Positions 1-16,975 of a stretch of DNA of 64,000 bases are shown one piece after another. The stretch lies in assembly GCF_009914755.1 (NCBI RefSeq), contig NC_060928.1, one strand, 5' to 3'. Positions within the stretch are counted from its first letter, which is position 1, and each line of letters begins with the position of its first letter. The notes below the pieces were generated by a model that made no database searches, was not told where the DNA came from, and saw only the letters and a list, made by a program, of their open reading frames with translations. This stretch comes from the human T2T-CHM13v2.0 reference genome, Homo sapiens. Position numbers and translations under genes: made by a program.

Positions 1-742
1 CCTTTTGCAACCATTTATTTTTAAATCAGCTTTGATCTCCTTGTACAAAACTTTCTCTCATGAGGAAATTGTCAAATCCATGTTTCTTCTAACTTACCAC
101 CGAACTTCCTAGAAAAAAAAAATTAAATATTGGAGGAATCAAATTATCATCTTTTTTTTTGTTAGCGGTACTAAAACTTCACAATGTCCAACTGGCTTTC
201 AATAGCAAGGTCCACTCACACTTCCATTGCCCTAGTTAGGTCTCTTTAAGGTTCTCTACAGAAACTTTCCTCAATACTATTGAAACTAGTATATGTATAC
301 ATGCATTTATCCTTCCTTTCCCCATAGCTCTTCATTTTTGTAAGGCTAAGCCTTTCCATGATCTTCTGGAACTCATCCCTTCGTGACTTCTCAGGAATAG
401 CAAGACATCAGTTATTGACTTTAATATTAATTCAAGATCTCTGACCATACATTTATTTTCAGGGAAAACAAGTTTTGCTAGTAACTCCAAAGATGCATTT
501 GTATGTGTTTATTTTCCTATACAATAATTTTTAAATTTCAAAACTTGTTATCAATTAATCCACGCAGAACATTGTAATTCTGAAAAACATGAGGTCTGTA
601 AAGAAATTTGACCTATCACTTTAAAATATATTCCCATCCTCTTTTTCTAATGTTTTAAAGAGTCTCTAACTTTATGTCTAAGAAACAATGAATATATTTT
701 AAAACTGACATCTAAAGAGGATTCTAAAAAAAAACACTTTTT

Positions 743-753
743 AAAAAATTGGA
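743..753 (+). repeat. Left TSD AAAAAATTGGA of the L1 (right copy at 6909-6919)
   Basis: Exact 11-mer directly before the L1 start, in a TT|AAAA endonuclease context, repeated at 6909-6919. Confidence 0.75.
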
Positions 754-1664
754 GGGGGGAGGAGCCAAGATGGCCAAATAGGAACAGCTCCGGTCTACAG
801 CTCCCAGCGTGAGCGACGCAGAAGACCGGTGATTTCTGCATTTCCATCTGAGGTACCGGGTTCATCTCACTAGGGAGTGCCAGACAGTGGGTGCAGGTCA
901 GTGGGTGCACGCACCCTGCGCGAGCCAAAGCAGGGCGAAGCATTGCCTCACTTGGGAAGTGCAAGGGGTCAGGGAGTTCCCTTTCCGAGTCAAAGAAAGG
1001 GGTGATGGGCTGCACCTGGAAAATCGGGTCACTCCCACCCGAATACTGCGCTTTTCCAACTGGCTTAAAAAACGGCGTACCACAAGATTATATCCCGACC
1101 TGGCTCGGGCAGTCCTATGCCCAGGGAGTCTCGCTGATTGCTAGCACAGCAGTCTGAGATCAAACTGCAAGGTGGCAGCCAGGCTGGGGGAGGGGCACCT
1201 GCCATTGCCCAGGCTTGCTTAGGTAAACAAAGCAGCCGGCTGGGAAGCTCCAACTGGGTGGAGCCCACCACAGCTCAAGGAGGCCTGCCTGCCTCTGTAG
1301 GCTCCACCTCTGGGGGCAGGGCACAGACAAACAAAAAGACAGCAGTAACCACTGCAGACTTAAATGTCCCTGTCTGACAGCTTTGAAGAGAGCAGTGGTT
1401 CTCCCAGCAGGCAGCTGGAGATCTGAGAACGGGCAGACTGCCTCCTCAAGTGGGTCCCTGACCCCTGACCCCCGAGCAGCCTAACTGGGAGGCACTCCCC
1501 AGCAGGGGCACGCTGACACCTCACACGGCAGGGTATTCCAACAGACCAGCAGCTGAGGGTCCTGTCTGTTAAAAGGAAAACTAACAAACAGAAAGGACAT
1601 CCACACCAAAAACCCATCTGTACATCACCATCATCAAAGACCAAAAGTAGATAAAACCACAAAG
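754..1664 (+). promoter_or_regulatory. L1 5'UTR with internal sense promoter and antisense promoter; YY1 site AAGATGGCC at 767-775
   Basis: CpG-richer segment upstream of the ORF1 ATG matching the primate L1 5'UTR; promoter function is family knowledge, not measured here. Confidence 0.8.
1065..1205 (-). pseudogene. L1 ORF0 remnant, frameshifted, 46 aa
   Basis: MAGAPPPAWLPPCSLISDCCASNQRDS matches the ORF0 N-terminus; the ORF0 C-terminal part (VRRFLSQLEKRSIRVGVTRFSRC) lies in another frame (ORF 898..1083). Confidence 0.8.
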
Positions 1665-2678
1665 ATGGGGAAAAAACAGAACAGAAAAACTGGAAACTCT
1701 AAAACGCAGAGCGCCTCTCCTCCAAAGGAACGCAGTTCCTCACCAGCAACGGAACAAAGCTGGATGGAGAATGACTTTGACGAGCTGAGAGAAGAAGGCT
1801 TCAGACGATCAAATTACTCTGAGCTACGGGAGGACATACAAACCAAAGGCAAAGAAGTTGAAAACTTTGAAAAAAATTTAGAAGAATGTATAACTAGAAT
1901 AACCAATACAGCGAAGTGCTTAAAGGAGCTGATGGAGCTGAAAACCAAGGCTCGAGAACTATGTGAAGAATGCAGAAGCCTCAGGAGCTGATGCAATCAA
2001 CTGGAAGAAAGGGTATCAGCAATGGAAGATGAAATGAATGAAACGAAGCGAGAAGGGAAGTTTGGAGAAAAAAGAATAAAAAGGAATGAGCAAAGCCTCC
2101 AAGAAATATGGGACTATGTGAAAAGACCAAATTTACGACTGATTGGTGTACCTGAAAGTGATGGGGAGAATGGAACCAAGTTGGAAAACACTCTGCAGGA
2201 TATTATCCAGGAGAACTTCCCCAATCTAGCAAGGCAGGCAAACGTTCAGATTCAGGAAATACAGAGAATGCCACAAAGATACTCCTCGAGAAGAGCAACT
2301 CCAAGACACATAATTGTCAGATTCACCAAAGTTGAAATGAAGGAAAAAATGTTAAGGGCAGCCAGAGAGAAAGGTCGGGTTACCCTCAAAGGGAAGCCCA
2401 TTAGACTAACAGCAGATCTCTCAGCAGAAACCCTACAAGCCAGAAGAGAGTGGGGGCCAATATTCAACATTCTTAAAGAAAAGAATTTTCAACCCAGAGT
2501 TTCATATCCAGCCAAACTAAGCTTCATAAGTGAAGGAGAAATAAAATACTTTACAGACAAGCAAATGCTGAGAGATTTTGTCACCACCAGGCCTGCCCTA
2601 AAAGAGCTCCTGAAGGAAGCGCTAAACATGGAAAGGAACAACCAGTACCAGCCGCTGCAAAATCATGCCAAAATGTAA
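1665..2678 (+). pseudogene. L1 ORF1p (RNA-binding chaperone) with one premature stop
   Basis: MGKKQNRKTGNSK...QPLQNHAKM; in-frame TGA at 1989-1991 (CGA>TGA); one Pro codon missing from SASPPPK. Confidence 0.95.
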
Positions 2679-2741
2679 AGACCATCAAGACTAGGAAGAA
2701 ACTGCATCAACTAACGAGCAAAATAACCAGCTAACATCATA

Positions 2742-6569
<3,828 letters not shown>

Positions 6570-6804
6570 ACAATGAGATCACATGGACACAGGAAGGGGA
6601 TCATCACACTCTGGGGACTGTTGTGGGGTGGGGGGAGGGGGAGGGATAGCATTGGGAGATATACCTAATGCTAGATGACGAGTTAGTGGGTGCAGTGCAC
6701 CAGCATGGCACATGTATACATATGTAACTAACCTGCACAATGTGCACATGTACCCTAAAACTTAAAGTATAATAATAAAAAAAAAAAGAAAATTAAGAAA
6801 AAAG

Positions 6805-6905
6805 AAAAAAGTAAAAAGAAACAGGTGAAATTAACTTTGATAATGTATTTTATATAACTAGCTATATCCAAAATATTATTTCAATATATCCTCAATATAA
6901 TTATT
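6805..6905. mobile_element. MER3/MER33-like hAT-Charlie fragment between the L1 poly(A) and the right TSD
   Basis: AAAAGTAAAAAGAAACAGGTGAAATTAA...TATATCCAAAATATTAT...CAATATAA resembles the MER3 core. Confidence 0.7.
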
Positions 6906-8489
6906 AAAAAAAAATTGGAACTAATGCTGCAATGCCCTTTCGAATCTATTTTTTACCTTTAGTTCATTGCATCAGAATGTTTTTCCAAGGCCCACGGCCT
7001 ATTCTATTACTTTTTGAAGCAGCCTTTAAATGGTATTGTGAGCAGCCTGTGGATATGGAGCGACTTTAGCACATTTGAAAATAAACAGAAAAGATCTCTG
7101 TTTTCTTGAAGAGCTTGCCAACTGAAATTTGTTATACTATCACTTTTTGTGGGTCACCTGCCTAAGTTTTCCTTCATAATAATTTGCTTCATCTCTACTT
7201 CCTCATTTATTGTGGAGAAATGCCCATTTGTAATGAAAGTTCAGGTCATTTTGGTTCATTCTTGAGGAGGACAACAATGAGCAAAGCTTTTGAAATCAAT
7301 CTTTGGCAATATGATACAGTGCCAACACAGAAACCTAGCCCTCAGTCTGGCTTATCTCTCCAGACGTTGAAAATTTCTACTTAAGTTTAAATGAAATATT
7401 TTGTGAGAAAAGGAGAATGGCTCATCCATTGATGAAGCAAATATGAAGTTTTTCTCTCCAAATCTGAATAAAATGTGAAAATGCACTGAAAACTAAACCT
7501 AAAGCATTTAGTAACTTAAAAGCTTTTAGTGGATTATGGCTTGATTTATGAATAACTAGAACGAAGAAGTAATGAATTAAATTAGAACAAGGAGGCACGG
7601 CTTTGCAGTTAAATTTAAAAGTGACTCAATTATTTTTAAAATAAAAACTAAGTTCCTATTTGTTCTTTTGGGTGGGGCAAGCAAGGAGACACAGTGGGTA
7701 GGAGGGATTAGCAGGGCAGCCAGGTCATGCTTTCAGTTGTTGCCTTTGTTCTTTGAGTGCTTTGAACTCTGAGGATTTACAATGTGCATTTTCCATGCAG
7801 GAACCTCCAGGAGAGAATGAACATGTGCTACAAAGCTGAGATAGATGAGGATCTTCTTTCCTTCCCAACAAAAAGAGATATATAACCCACACATAACAGC
7901 ATTAAAATATTAGATAGTAAAAACCCAGGCTGTGACTTTTACAAAGGATGTTTGATAATAGAATGCAGGAATAAATCATAAAGTGAGGTTTTCTTCTGTA
8001 ATGGAGGCTCTTTGACATTCTAATTATCCCAGAAGTAATTTCTTCATGTTATATATAGTCGATCTGTTCTCTTGCAGCAGAAACTAGGACATTCCCAGCA
8101 ACTCGGGCAACTGTATAGGTATTTTGGCAGAACACACATGTATTACCTATGGCCGCAAAGTGTGATGATATATTACATAACTACTTGGAATTGAAACAGT
8201 TTATGCATTTGTACTTTAGTGAATGAAATAATTCATCTACTCCACAAATATTTATAGAGACTTTGTGTGCTTGAACCAAGAATTCTGTCTATTTTTTTAG
8301 GAGCTCTGATGTAAGTGGGTTGTCTGTCATGGAATGGTTTACAATGTGGAGTAGATCGGTAAACGAGACATTGAAACTGATAATGATGGCATATATAGGT
8401 TATCTAAAAATAGAATTGAAAGATCCTATCACTTGGACAAAAGCTAAAAATATTCTCATTATATTAATTAGGAATGTTAATATAATTAT

Positions 8490-8667
8490 ATCACAACCAT
8501 TCTACTCTCTCCTATGAGTATGACTTTTTTATATTTCACATATAAGTGAGATTATGCAGTTTCTATTTTTCTGTGCCTGGCTTATTTCAACTAGCATAGT
8601 GTACTCCAGGTTTATCCATGTTGTCATAAATGGCATAATTTCCTTCTTTTTGAAGGCCAAAGAGTAT
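8490..8667 (-). mobile_element. Old L1 (L1MA/MB) ORF2-end/3'UTR fragment
   Basis: TAAGTGAGATTATGCAG...CTGTGCCTGGCTTATTTCA...ATCCATGTTGTC; minus translation KKKEIMPFMTTWINLE. Confidence 0.8.
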
Positions 8668-10393
8668 TTCTTCTTTTCAGCACATGGAACATAACTCAAG
8701 GATGGACCATATGTTGGGCCATTAAACAAGTTTCAAAAATTTATAAATATTAAAGTCATATCAAGTATTTGTTTTACCACAATGGAATAAAACTAGGAAT
8801 CAATAACAAGAGGAAACTCAGAAACTATACAAACACATGGAAATTAAACCATATGCTCTTGAACATCCACTGTATCATGAAGAAATTAAGAAGGAAATTT
8901 TAAAAATTCCCAAAACAAATGAAGTAGAAACACAACCTGCCAAAACCTATAGGATACAGTGAAAGCAGTACTAAAAGGGAAGTTTATAGCAATAAATAAT
9001 CTATATCAAAAAGTTGAAAGACTTCAAATAAATAGCATAGTGATGCACTGGTAAGTAGGAGTTGGACAATGAGAAAATATGGGCACAGGGAGGGGAACAT
9101 CACACACTGGGGTCTGTTGAGGGGTGAGGGGCAAGAGGAGGGATAGCATTAGGAGAAATACCTAATGTAGATGATGGGTTGATGGGTGCAGCAAACCACC
9201 ATGGCACATGTATACCTATGTAACAAACCTGCACATTCTGCACATGTATCCCAGAACTTAAAGTATACATAAAAAAAGAAATAGAAAGCCAAGAGAAAAC
9301 TAAACCAAAAATTAATTAAAAATGAAATGATAAAGATCAGAGCAGAAATAAAGACCAAAGTAAGACTAAATTAATAATACAAAAGATCAAAAAAAGGAAA
9401 GTTGGTTTTATGAAACTATAAACAAAATCAACAAACCTTTGGTCAGACTAATTTAAAAAAAAGAGAGACCTCCAAATCAATCCAAAATAGAAAATGAGAC
9501 ACTACAACTGATAATACAGAAATTTAAAGGATTATTAGAGACTGTCATGAACAACTGTATACCAACAAAAGACAAAACCTAAAGAAATGGATACATTCAT
9601 AGACACATAGAACCTATCTAAGATTAAACCATGAAGAAATCCAAAACCTGAGTAGACCAATAACAGACAATGAGCTAGAAGCAGTAATAAAAAGGTTTTT
9701 TTTTTAATCAAAGAAAAGCCCAGAACCTGATGCCTTCACTTTTGAGTTCCACCACTTAAAAAATAACTAATACCTGTTCTACTTTTACTATTCCAAAAAA
9801 TCAAGGGGGAAGGAATGCTTTCAAATTCATTATATGAGGTCAGTATTACTCTGATACAAAAACCAGAAAAAGACAACATAAAAAGAAAACAGCAGAGCAA
9901 TATCTCTGATGAACGTAAATGCAAAAACCAAGAATAAAATAATAGCAATCAGAATTCCACATCACATTAAAATATAATTTAACATAATCAAGTAGGGATT
10001 CAAGGATGGTTCAACATAGGCAAAACAATAAATGTGGTACATCATAGCAACAGAATGAAGGACAAAACCATATAATAATTTCAATAAATGATGAAAAAGC
10101 ATTTGACAACATGAAACATCTCTTCATAATAAAAACTTTCAACAAACTGAGTACAGAAGGAACATACTTCAACATGATAAAACTCATATAAGACAAACCT
10201 GTAGCTAGCACTATACTGAGTGGCAAAAACCTGAAAGCATTTCTTCTAATATCTGGAACAAGACAAGGATGCTCACATTCACCACTTTTATTCACCATAC
10301 TATGGGGAGTCCTAACCAGAGCAAGCAGACTAGAGAAAGAAATAAATAACTTCCAAATTGGAAAGGAAAAAGTGAAATTATCCTTGTTTGCAG
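8668..10393 (+). mobile_element. Old L1 (L1MA-type) ORF2 fragment, interrupted by an L1PA 3' end
   Basis: Degenerate ORF2 from TTCAGCACATGGAACAT to TTATCCTTGTTTGCAG, including GGAACAAGACAAGGATGC. Confidence 0.85.
9051..9278 (+). mobile_element. 5'-truncated L1PA7/8-like 3'UTR
   Basis: GGATAGCATTAGGAGAAATACCTAATGTAGATGATGGGTTGATGGGTGCAGCAAACCACC...AGAACTTAAAGTATA plus A-tail. Confidence 0.85.
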
Positions 10394-11464
10394 TTATGTC
10401 TACATTAAAGTAATATGGTTGCCAGAGGCCTATGCATCTATTTTTGTATCAAGTAAATATGTTCCCAGACTCACAGAGACTTGCAGAAAAGAGATTAAAT
10501 TTACCATAGGATATCCTTAGTTATCTATCTTCATCTTCGATACTGCTTGATCCTTGCTGGCCCTGTCCACAATCAAATTTACTGGTCTACTTGTGAAATA
10601 AAGCAATATATAGGAACTTCAGCATTTTTACCACCGCACCGCATGCATGTAAGGCTGTCTAAAATACTTAAACATGTTGACTCATTTCCTTGAGACTAAA
10701 GTCTAGCCTAATATAGTTTTAAAAGTAAGATGAAAAGAAAAGAAGGCTTATTATTTTTGAAAGTTGTATAGATTTTTTTTAGAAGTCACATTTTTAAAAA
10801 CGTAATTATGGTCTGGGAACCATAGATTTATTTAGAAGAAAGACTTATTTGATATTTGCTTTCCTAAGAAAAAGTGCATTTTCAAAACATCTTACAAAAT
10901 GAAATTTTGAACTGCTAAATCTGAAACTCTGGGTCAAACATGTTGTCATTACTGTAAAAATTCCTGTGGTTCTCATGGTTAGCCTTTGGCATCCACAGTT
11001 TCAGAAACTCTGAAGTCCTTCTAATTTTGGAAAATATGGGTGGGATATTTTGGTCTAGTTGTACTAAGCAAGATTCTTGCCTTTATCAAAGCTTAAGCCT
11101 CAAAATATGTTTCCGCCATTTGAAAGAAGTGGCAGATAACAAGAACTTAGAATTAGTGTAATAAATAAATGATGTTAGATTTTTTATGCTATATAAGGGC
11201 AGGAACAGATTACTAATTAGCATTTTATCTACTTACACATTTAAATTGGGAATCCAAAAACCAGGAGCTAAACTTTTACACGTTGGGAAACGTATTCCTC
11301 AAGGAGTTGGGATCAAGAAACGTTTCTAGGGACAACTCATATTTAATTCAGAAACTAGCTTAAATGATTGTTTGGGGCAAATTCAATGATTATAGCCCAC
11401 CCATTAATGTGATAAACTGGCATTATAGATTGCATTAAGACCTACTGGGATAAAGGCGAGGATA

Positions 11465-11765
11465 TGCGGTGAATTGCAAAAAATGACGTCAAATTATTCT
11501 GATCCTTGTATAAAGGTCTTTTTGTAAAGTGACTTTGCTCCTCCTCCCATCAAGAGATAACGTTTATCTCTTTATCTCTTGAATCCCGGCTTGGCCACAT
11601 AACTTGCTTTTAGCTAATGTGACAGGCGCAATGTGTTACTGGCAGAGATTTGAAAATGCTTGCACATTGCACCTTCCTCTCTTTCTGCTAGGCTGTTGGA
11701 GAATAAGAAGTCAAGTGAAGGAAAACTGAGATACACCAGCTGTCAGCCCACTGGCTGCTAACCTG
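11465..11765 (+). mobile_element. MLT1 (ERVL-MaLR) LTR fragment
   Basis: GTGACTTTGCTCCTCCTCCCATCAAGAG...CTTGAATCCCGGCTTGGCCAC...TGCTTGCACATTG. Confidence 0.7.
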
Positions 11766-12075
11766 GCAACTCCATACTATTCTGCCCCGTTGAGAAGGAA
11801 TGGAAGTACTGCGCCCCTATACGTACACTTCTGCTTTTAAAGTCTAACTGTAAATATTGTTGAATATTCTTAACCTTACATGTATTAAGAAGAAAATTAG
11901 AAGTTATATAAAGTGTACAGCACTATGTGTTTACATGAGAAAACTGGATTAGACTTGTTCACATACACAGAACAAGGTCAAGAAGTGCTTTACAAGGAGT
12001 GGCTGAGAAATAAGTGGATGTTTGCAAATGATAAGACTTCATTTGTCATGTGACTATTTTTATTTTTTTAAATAA

Positions 12076-12387
<312 letters not shown>

Positions 12388-12709
12388 CATCATTCTTTTT
12401 TAAAGCATATTTAATTCCCAAGAATGTTATACAGTTCTATTTATATATTATTTGTATGTTCTGTAAAGTCAAGAGATGTTGGATATCCAAATGCTTTACT
12501 AGTCGACCAACACAAAAGAAGAAGGAAGTCTATTAATGTAGTAATCGACTGTCACTTTACAAGACTGTGTTTTTGGAGATACCAAAAGGGCTGTAATCCT
12601 TTACCTCATGTTTTCTTATAATATAACGGTATTTTGAGATAAAAGTACTCAATATAGAAAATACATGAGCAATGCAGTTCTCAAGGAAGTTTAAAAATAA
12701 CAGAAAAGG

Positions 12710-13025
<316 letters not shown>

Positions 13026-14069
13026 TAACAGAAAAGGAAAATGTGTCATATTTCAGGCTGTCAAGGTGTTTGGTCAGGTATAAAATGTTGATATAGATAT
13101 GAACATTTTTGTAAATCCTGTGATTTTTTTCTTTGCATAGGTAATTTTATATTTTATTTACTAAAGATTAGTGGTAAAAGAAAATAATATTTTTAGATCA
13201 ACAAGCATGGTTATAACTATACTTAACCTTTAAGGCTGTCAGTTTTTTTGTTTCTTAAGTATGAATTATACTATCTTAAAACAATATGGAAATATTCACT
13301 TTTGTGTAGTAACCTTAACCAAGGGCATACATTATGCACAATGAGCACTTGAGACATTTCACCTTATATCCAGGTGTCATCACAAAATTATCTGATTTAC
13401 AGAGATCAAGAAAAACCTTGATTCTTCATTGATTTTCAGCAATGATAAAGAGTAATTACTACATTGACTTGTATATTTCTGAAAAAAGCAATTGGACAAA
13501 ACACTGTCTACCTGAATCTCTAGTTATCATCTAAAAATGCTTGCATTATGGAGATAAGACTAGGAGAAGTGAACTTATACAATGTTAGTAATGATTAGGA
13601 GAAGAAGGATACTGTAGATGATTTGAATATCTTAATATAAAACACATAATAATTCGAGCACACTTTGACTAATTACTTTGCCCTTAGGTATTTCTGAAAA
13701 GTTTCTTTAGTAAGAAAATTAACAAAAATAAACATTAAAAGAGCAATACATAAACTATTTATGACAATGAGTTATTTAAACCATTTCAGCATTGTATTAT
13801 TCTAAACATCATATACTTCAATTTTTGGTCTTTTTGTTATGTAAAAAAGTATCTTAAAATTATATCAGACTGTACTTTGTAAATATCAGGATTGTATACT
13901 AGAATTAAAATAGATTTTTGTATTATGCTCCACAAGACTCTTCTTATAATAAGATATTTTATTAAGCTAGACAGTAAATATATTAAATGAGGTCAAATTT
14001 GTTATTTCCGCTGCATTTTACTTATTTAAATATTTTAAGACATGCACTTTATACATATGATAAGCCAGT

Positions 14070-14493
14070 CACTTCACCTCTACGGTACTCTTCCCCAAAA
14101 CACATAGCCCAGTCTAATTATCAGCCAAACTCAAACTGAATGTTGTTTCACCAAATAACCTGACTGTACTCCTCAAACTGTCAAGGTCAAGAAGAACAAG
14201 GAAAGTCTGAAAAACTGTCACAGACCAGAGTAAACTAAGAAGATGTGACACTAAATGTCGTGTGGTATCCTGGGTTAGAGCTGGAAGAGAAAATGATACC
14301 AACAAAAAATCCAGCGATATCAAAAAAAAAAAGTATTCAGTTGGTTATTAACGTATCAGTGTTAGTTTTCAGCTGTGACAAATGTGCCATGGTGGCGCAA
14401 TGATGGGGAAACTTGGTGAATGGTTTATGAAAACTTTGTGTATTATCTTTGAAACATTTGTATAAAGCTAAACTTCCAAATACAAAGTTTTAA
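14070..14493 (+). mobile_element. L1MC-type 3' end fragment
   Basis: CTCCTCAAACTGTCAAGGTCAAGAAGAACAAGGAAAGTCTGA...GTGACAAATGTGCCATGG. Confidence 0.75.
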
Positions 14494-14542
14494 AGAAAAT
14501 TCTAGAGCTCTATTGTTTTTGATACACATATAACAATTTTTG

Positions 14543-14985
<443 letters not shown>

Positions 14986-14992
14986 TTAGATT

Positions 14993-15500
14993 GTGTATCA
15001 AAAGCTACCAGTTGTGCTCAAATATCCATTCTGCCTTGAATGTAATGGTCCCCCTGGTATTAAGCTAGGAGCATGGCTTCCCAGGATGAGGAAGGTTGTC
15101 AGGTTACATTTTTCAGGTTACCTTGCAATAGAAATGGCCTGGGTTATGGGATATAGGTTGAATTAGTATATGTGACTTCCAGCATGTCCTTAAAATTAAA
15201 GGTAGACTCTCCATTGCCCCTTCCTCCTTCATGTAGGCTGGAATGTAGACATATTGGTTGGAGCTCATGAGGCTATATTGGACCATGATGTGGAAGCCAT
15301 GTGTAAAAATGGCAGGCAAGAGGAATAACAAAGCAAATAAACAAGCAAAAGGACCTTGGCTTCCAGAGACCATCGAGAATAATTCCAGTCCTGAATTGCA
15401 AACCTACAGATTTCTTTTATGTAAGAGAAATAAATTCCTATCTTGTTTAAGCTATTATCATTTAGATTTTCTGTTTCTTATAGCAGAAACGAATCAAAAA
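14993..15500 (+). mobile_element. MLT1J-like LTR
   Basis: GGCTGGAATGTAGAC...TTGGACCATGA...AGAGAAATAAATTCCTATCTTGTTTAAGC. Confidence 0.75.
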
Positions 15501-15548
15501 TACTATAATATAAAATGCACTTTATTTTCTTTACATATGAGATTTTTG

Positions 15549-15644
15549 GAATACCTAACATTTACAAATCTTAGCATTTCCTGGAAAATGAATACCTAAC
15601 ATTTACAAACACCTAACATTTACACATCAGCATTTCCTGGAAAA
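15549..15644. repeat. Imperfect local tandem duplication (~41-bp period plus an internal re-duplication)
   Basis: GAATACCTAACATTTACAAA at 15549 and 15590, ACCTAACATTTACA at 15611, AGCATTTCCTGGAAAA at 15573 and 15629. Confidence 0.9.
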
Positions 15645-15846
15645 CTTGTCATTTTAGAATACACTTTAGAAATATTCTACTCCAGAAAGTTAAAAAACAA
15701 TTTTCCTTATTATATCCAACGTTTGATTTTATCAAAATCTTTCACAAATATTTTATTCTCATGCAAACTGGAAATGTACTTTGTTTTAGCTAATTACATT
15801 CTATGCTTTCTGTATCTCTCTTAACACACATACACTATCACACACC

Positions 15847-15903
15847 CATTACCCTCAAATGTGCAAAACATTTGTGCACATTACCCTCAAATGTGCAAAA
15901 CAT
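15847..15903. repeat. Exact 25-bp direct repeat with 7-bp spacer
   Basis: CATTACCCTCAAATGTGCAAAACAT at 15847-15871 and 15879-15903. Confidence 0.95.
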
Positions 15904-16834
15904 CTCATATAAGATAAAGTAATATTTTCTTGGATACAAAGTACAAATCAGAAAAGGCATAAGCACAGCGAATTTGGTCTGATGCTATTCAATTTCCATT
16001 CATCGTACCAGATATAGTCTTTATGTCAATATATTGGGCAGCTTCTTCTCTGCCCTAGACATGATTTTATATTAAAATCTCAGGCAGGTTTTCGATACAC
16101 TTTTCAGAGGAAAATATTGTTCTTTTTATTTCAGACCTGAATCAAGTTATGGAAATCTTCTATGAACCCTGGCCAATTCATTTACACTTGGCCATTTTTC
16201 CCCACATTTTTCATTTCTATTATAACTTAGGCAATCCAGGAGACTTATGGAACTCGTACAATTTCTCTCTGAAATAGCTCTATTACAGGGCAGATTAGTA
16301 CATAGGAAGACACATCAGTAATTCTCACTTTTCTATTTCCACAAGAACGTATATGAAGGAAGTTGACTTGTTTAATGGACTCAGATGGATGAATCCAGCA
16401 TTATGTATACAGTTCCTCTGAACTTCCATCTGTCTTGAAAATATAACAGTGTGTGAATGAGAATGGTGTGTGTTGGAGGGATATTCTTTTATTTGCTTTA
16501 CTTTATTTTTTAAAAAGTAAATCATTCACACACTTAACTATTTTAATTATTATTAATAGAAAATTTCTTACTACATGACTGTAACTTGCAATGCCTTATG
16601 TGAGAATTGTTGTTATGTGGTACGTTACTCTCCTCTCTAAAAATTAAGGAAGGTCATCATTGACTATCTGATAATGACGAGTTGATGAACTTCAAAGGGG
16701 GATCACTAAAAATATCATTAATTCAGAAAGATTTCCAGACCATCCAATTAAACTCTACCAGTTCATAGCACTGCGCTACTGGTTCACAACATGAAATCGC
16801 ACTGGTCAAGATTGAGCCTCCTTGGCTCACTTCC

Positions 16835-16975
16835 TCCCTTCTTTCTTCCTTCATCTTTCATTCTAAAAATAAATATTGAGTGCCTACTGCACACACTGGC
16901 CTTGGTGACGCGGTAACAAAACAGACAAGATTCATTGCTGTCTTGGAGCATTCGTGGAAGACAAAATTTAAAGTA
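16835..16975 (-). mobile_element. L2 3' fragment
   Basis: TTCATTC..AAATATTGAGTGCCTACTG...AACAAAACAGACAAG. Confidence 0.65.

Noticed and set aside
15549-15903. Short direct repeats with spacers, superficially CRISPR-like
   Set aside because: Only two or three copies, no unique spacers of regular length, no cas genes, and the DNA is human.
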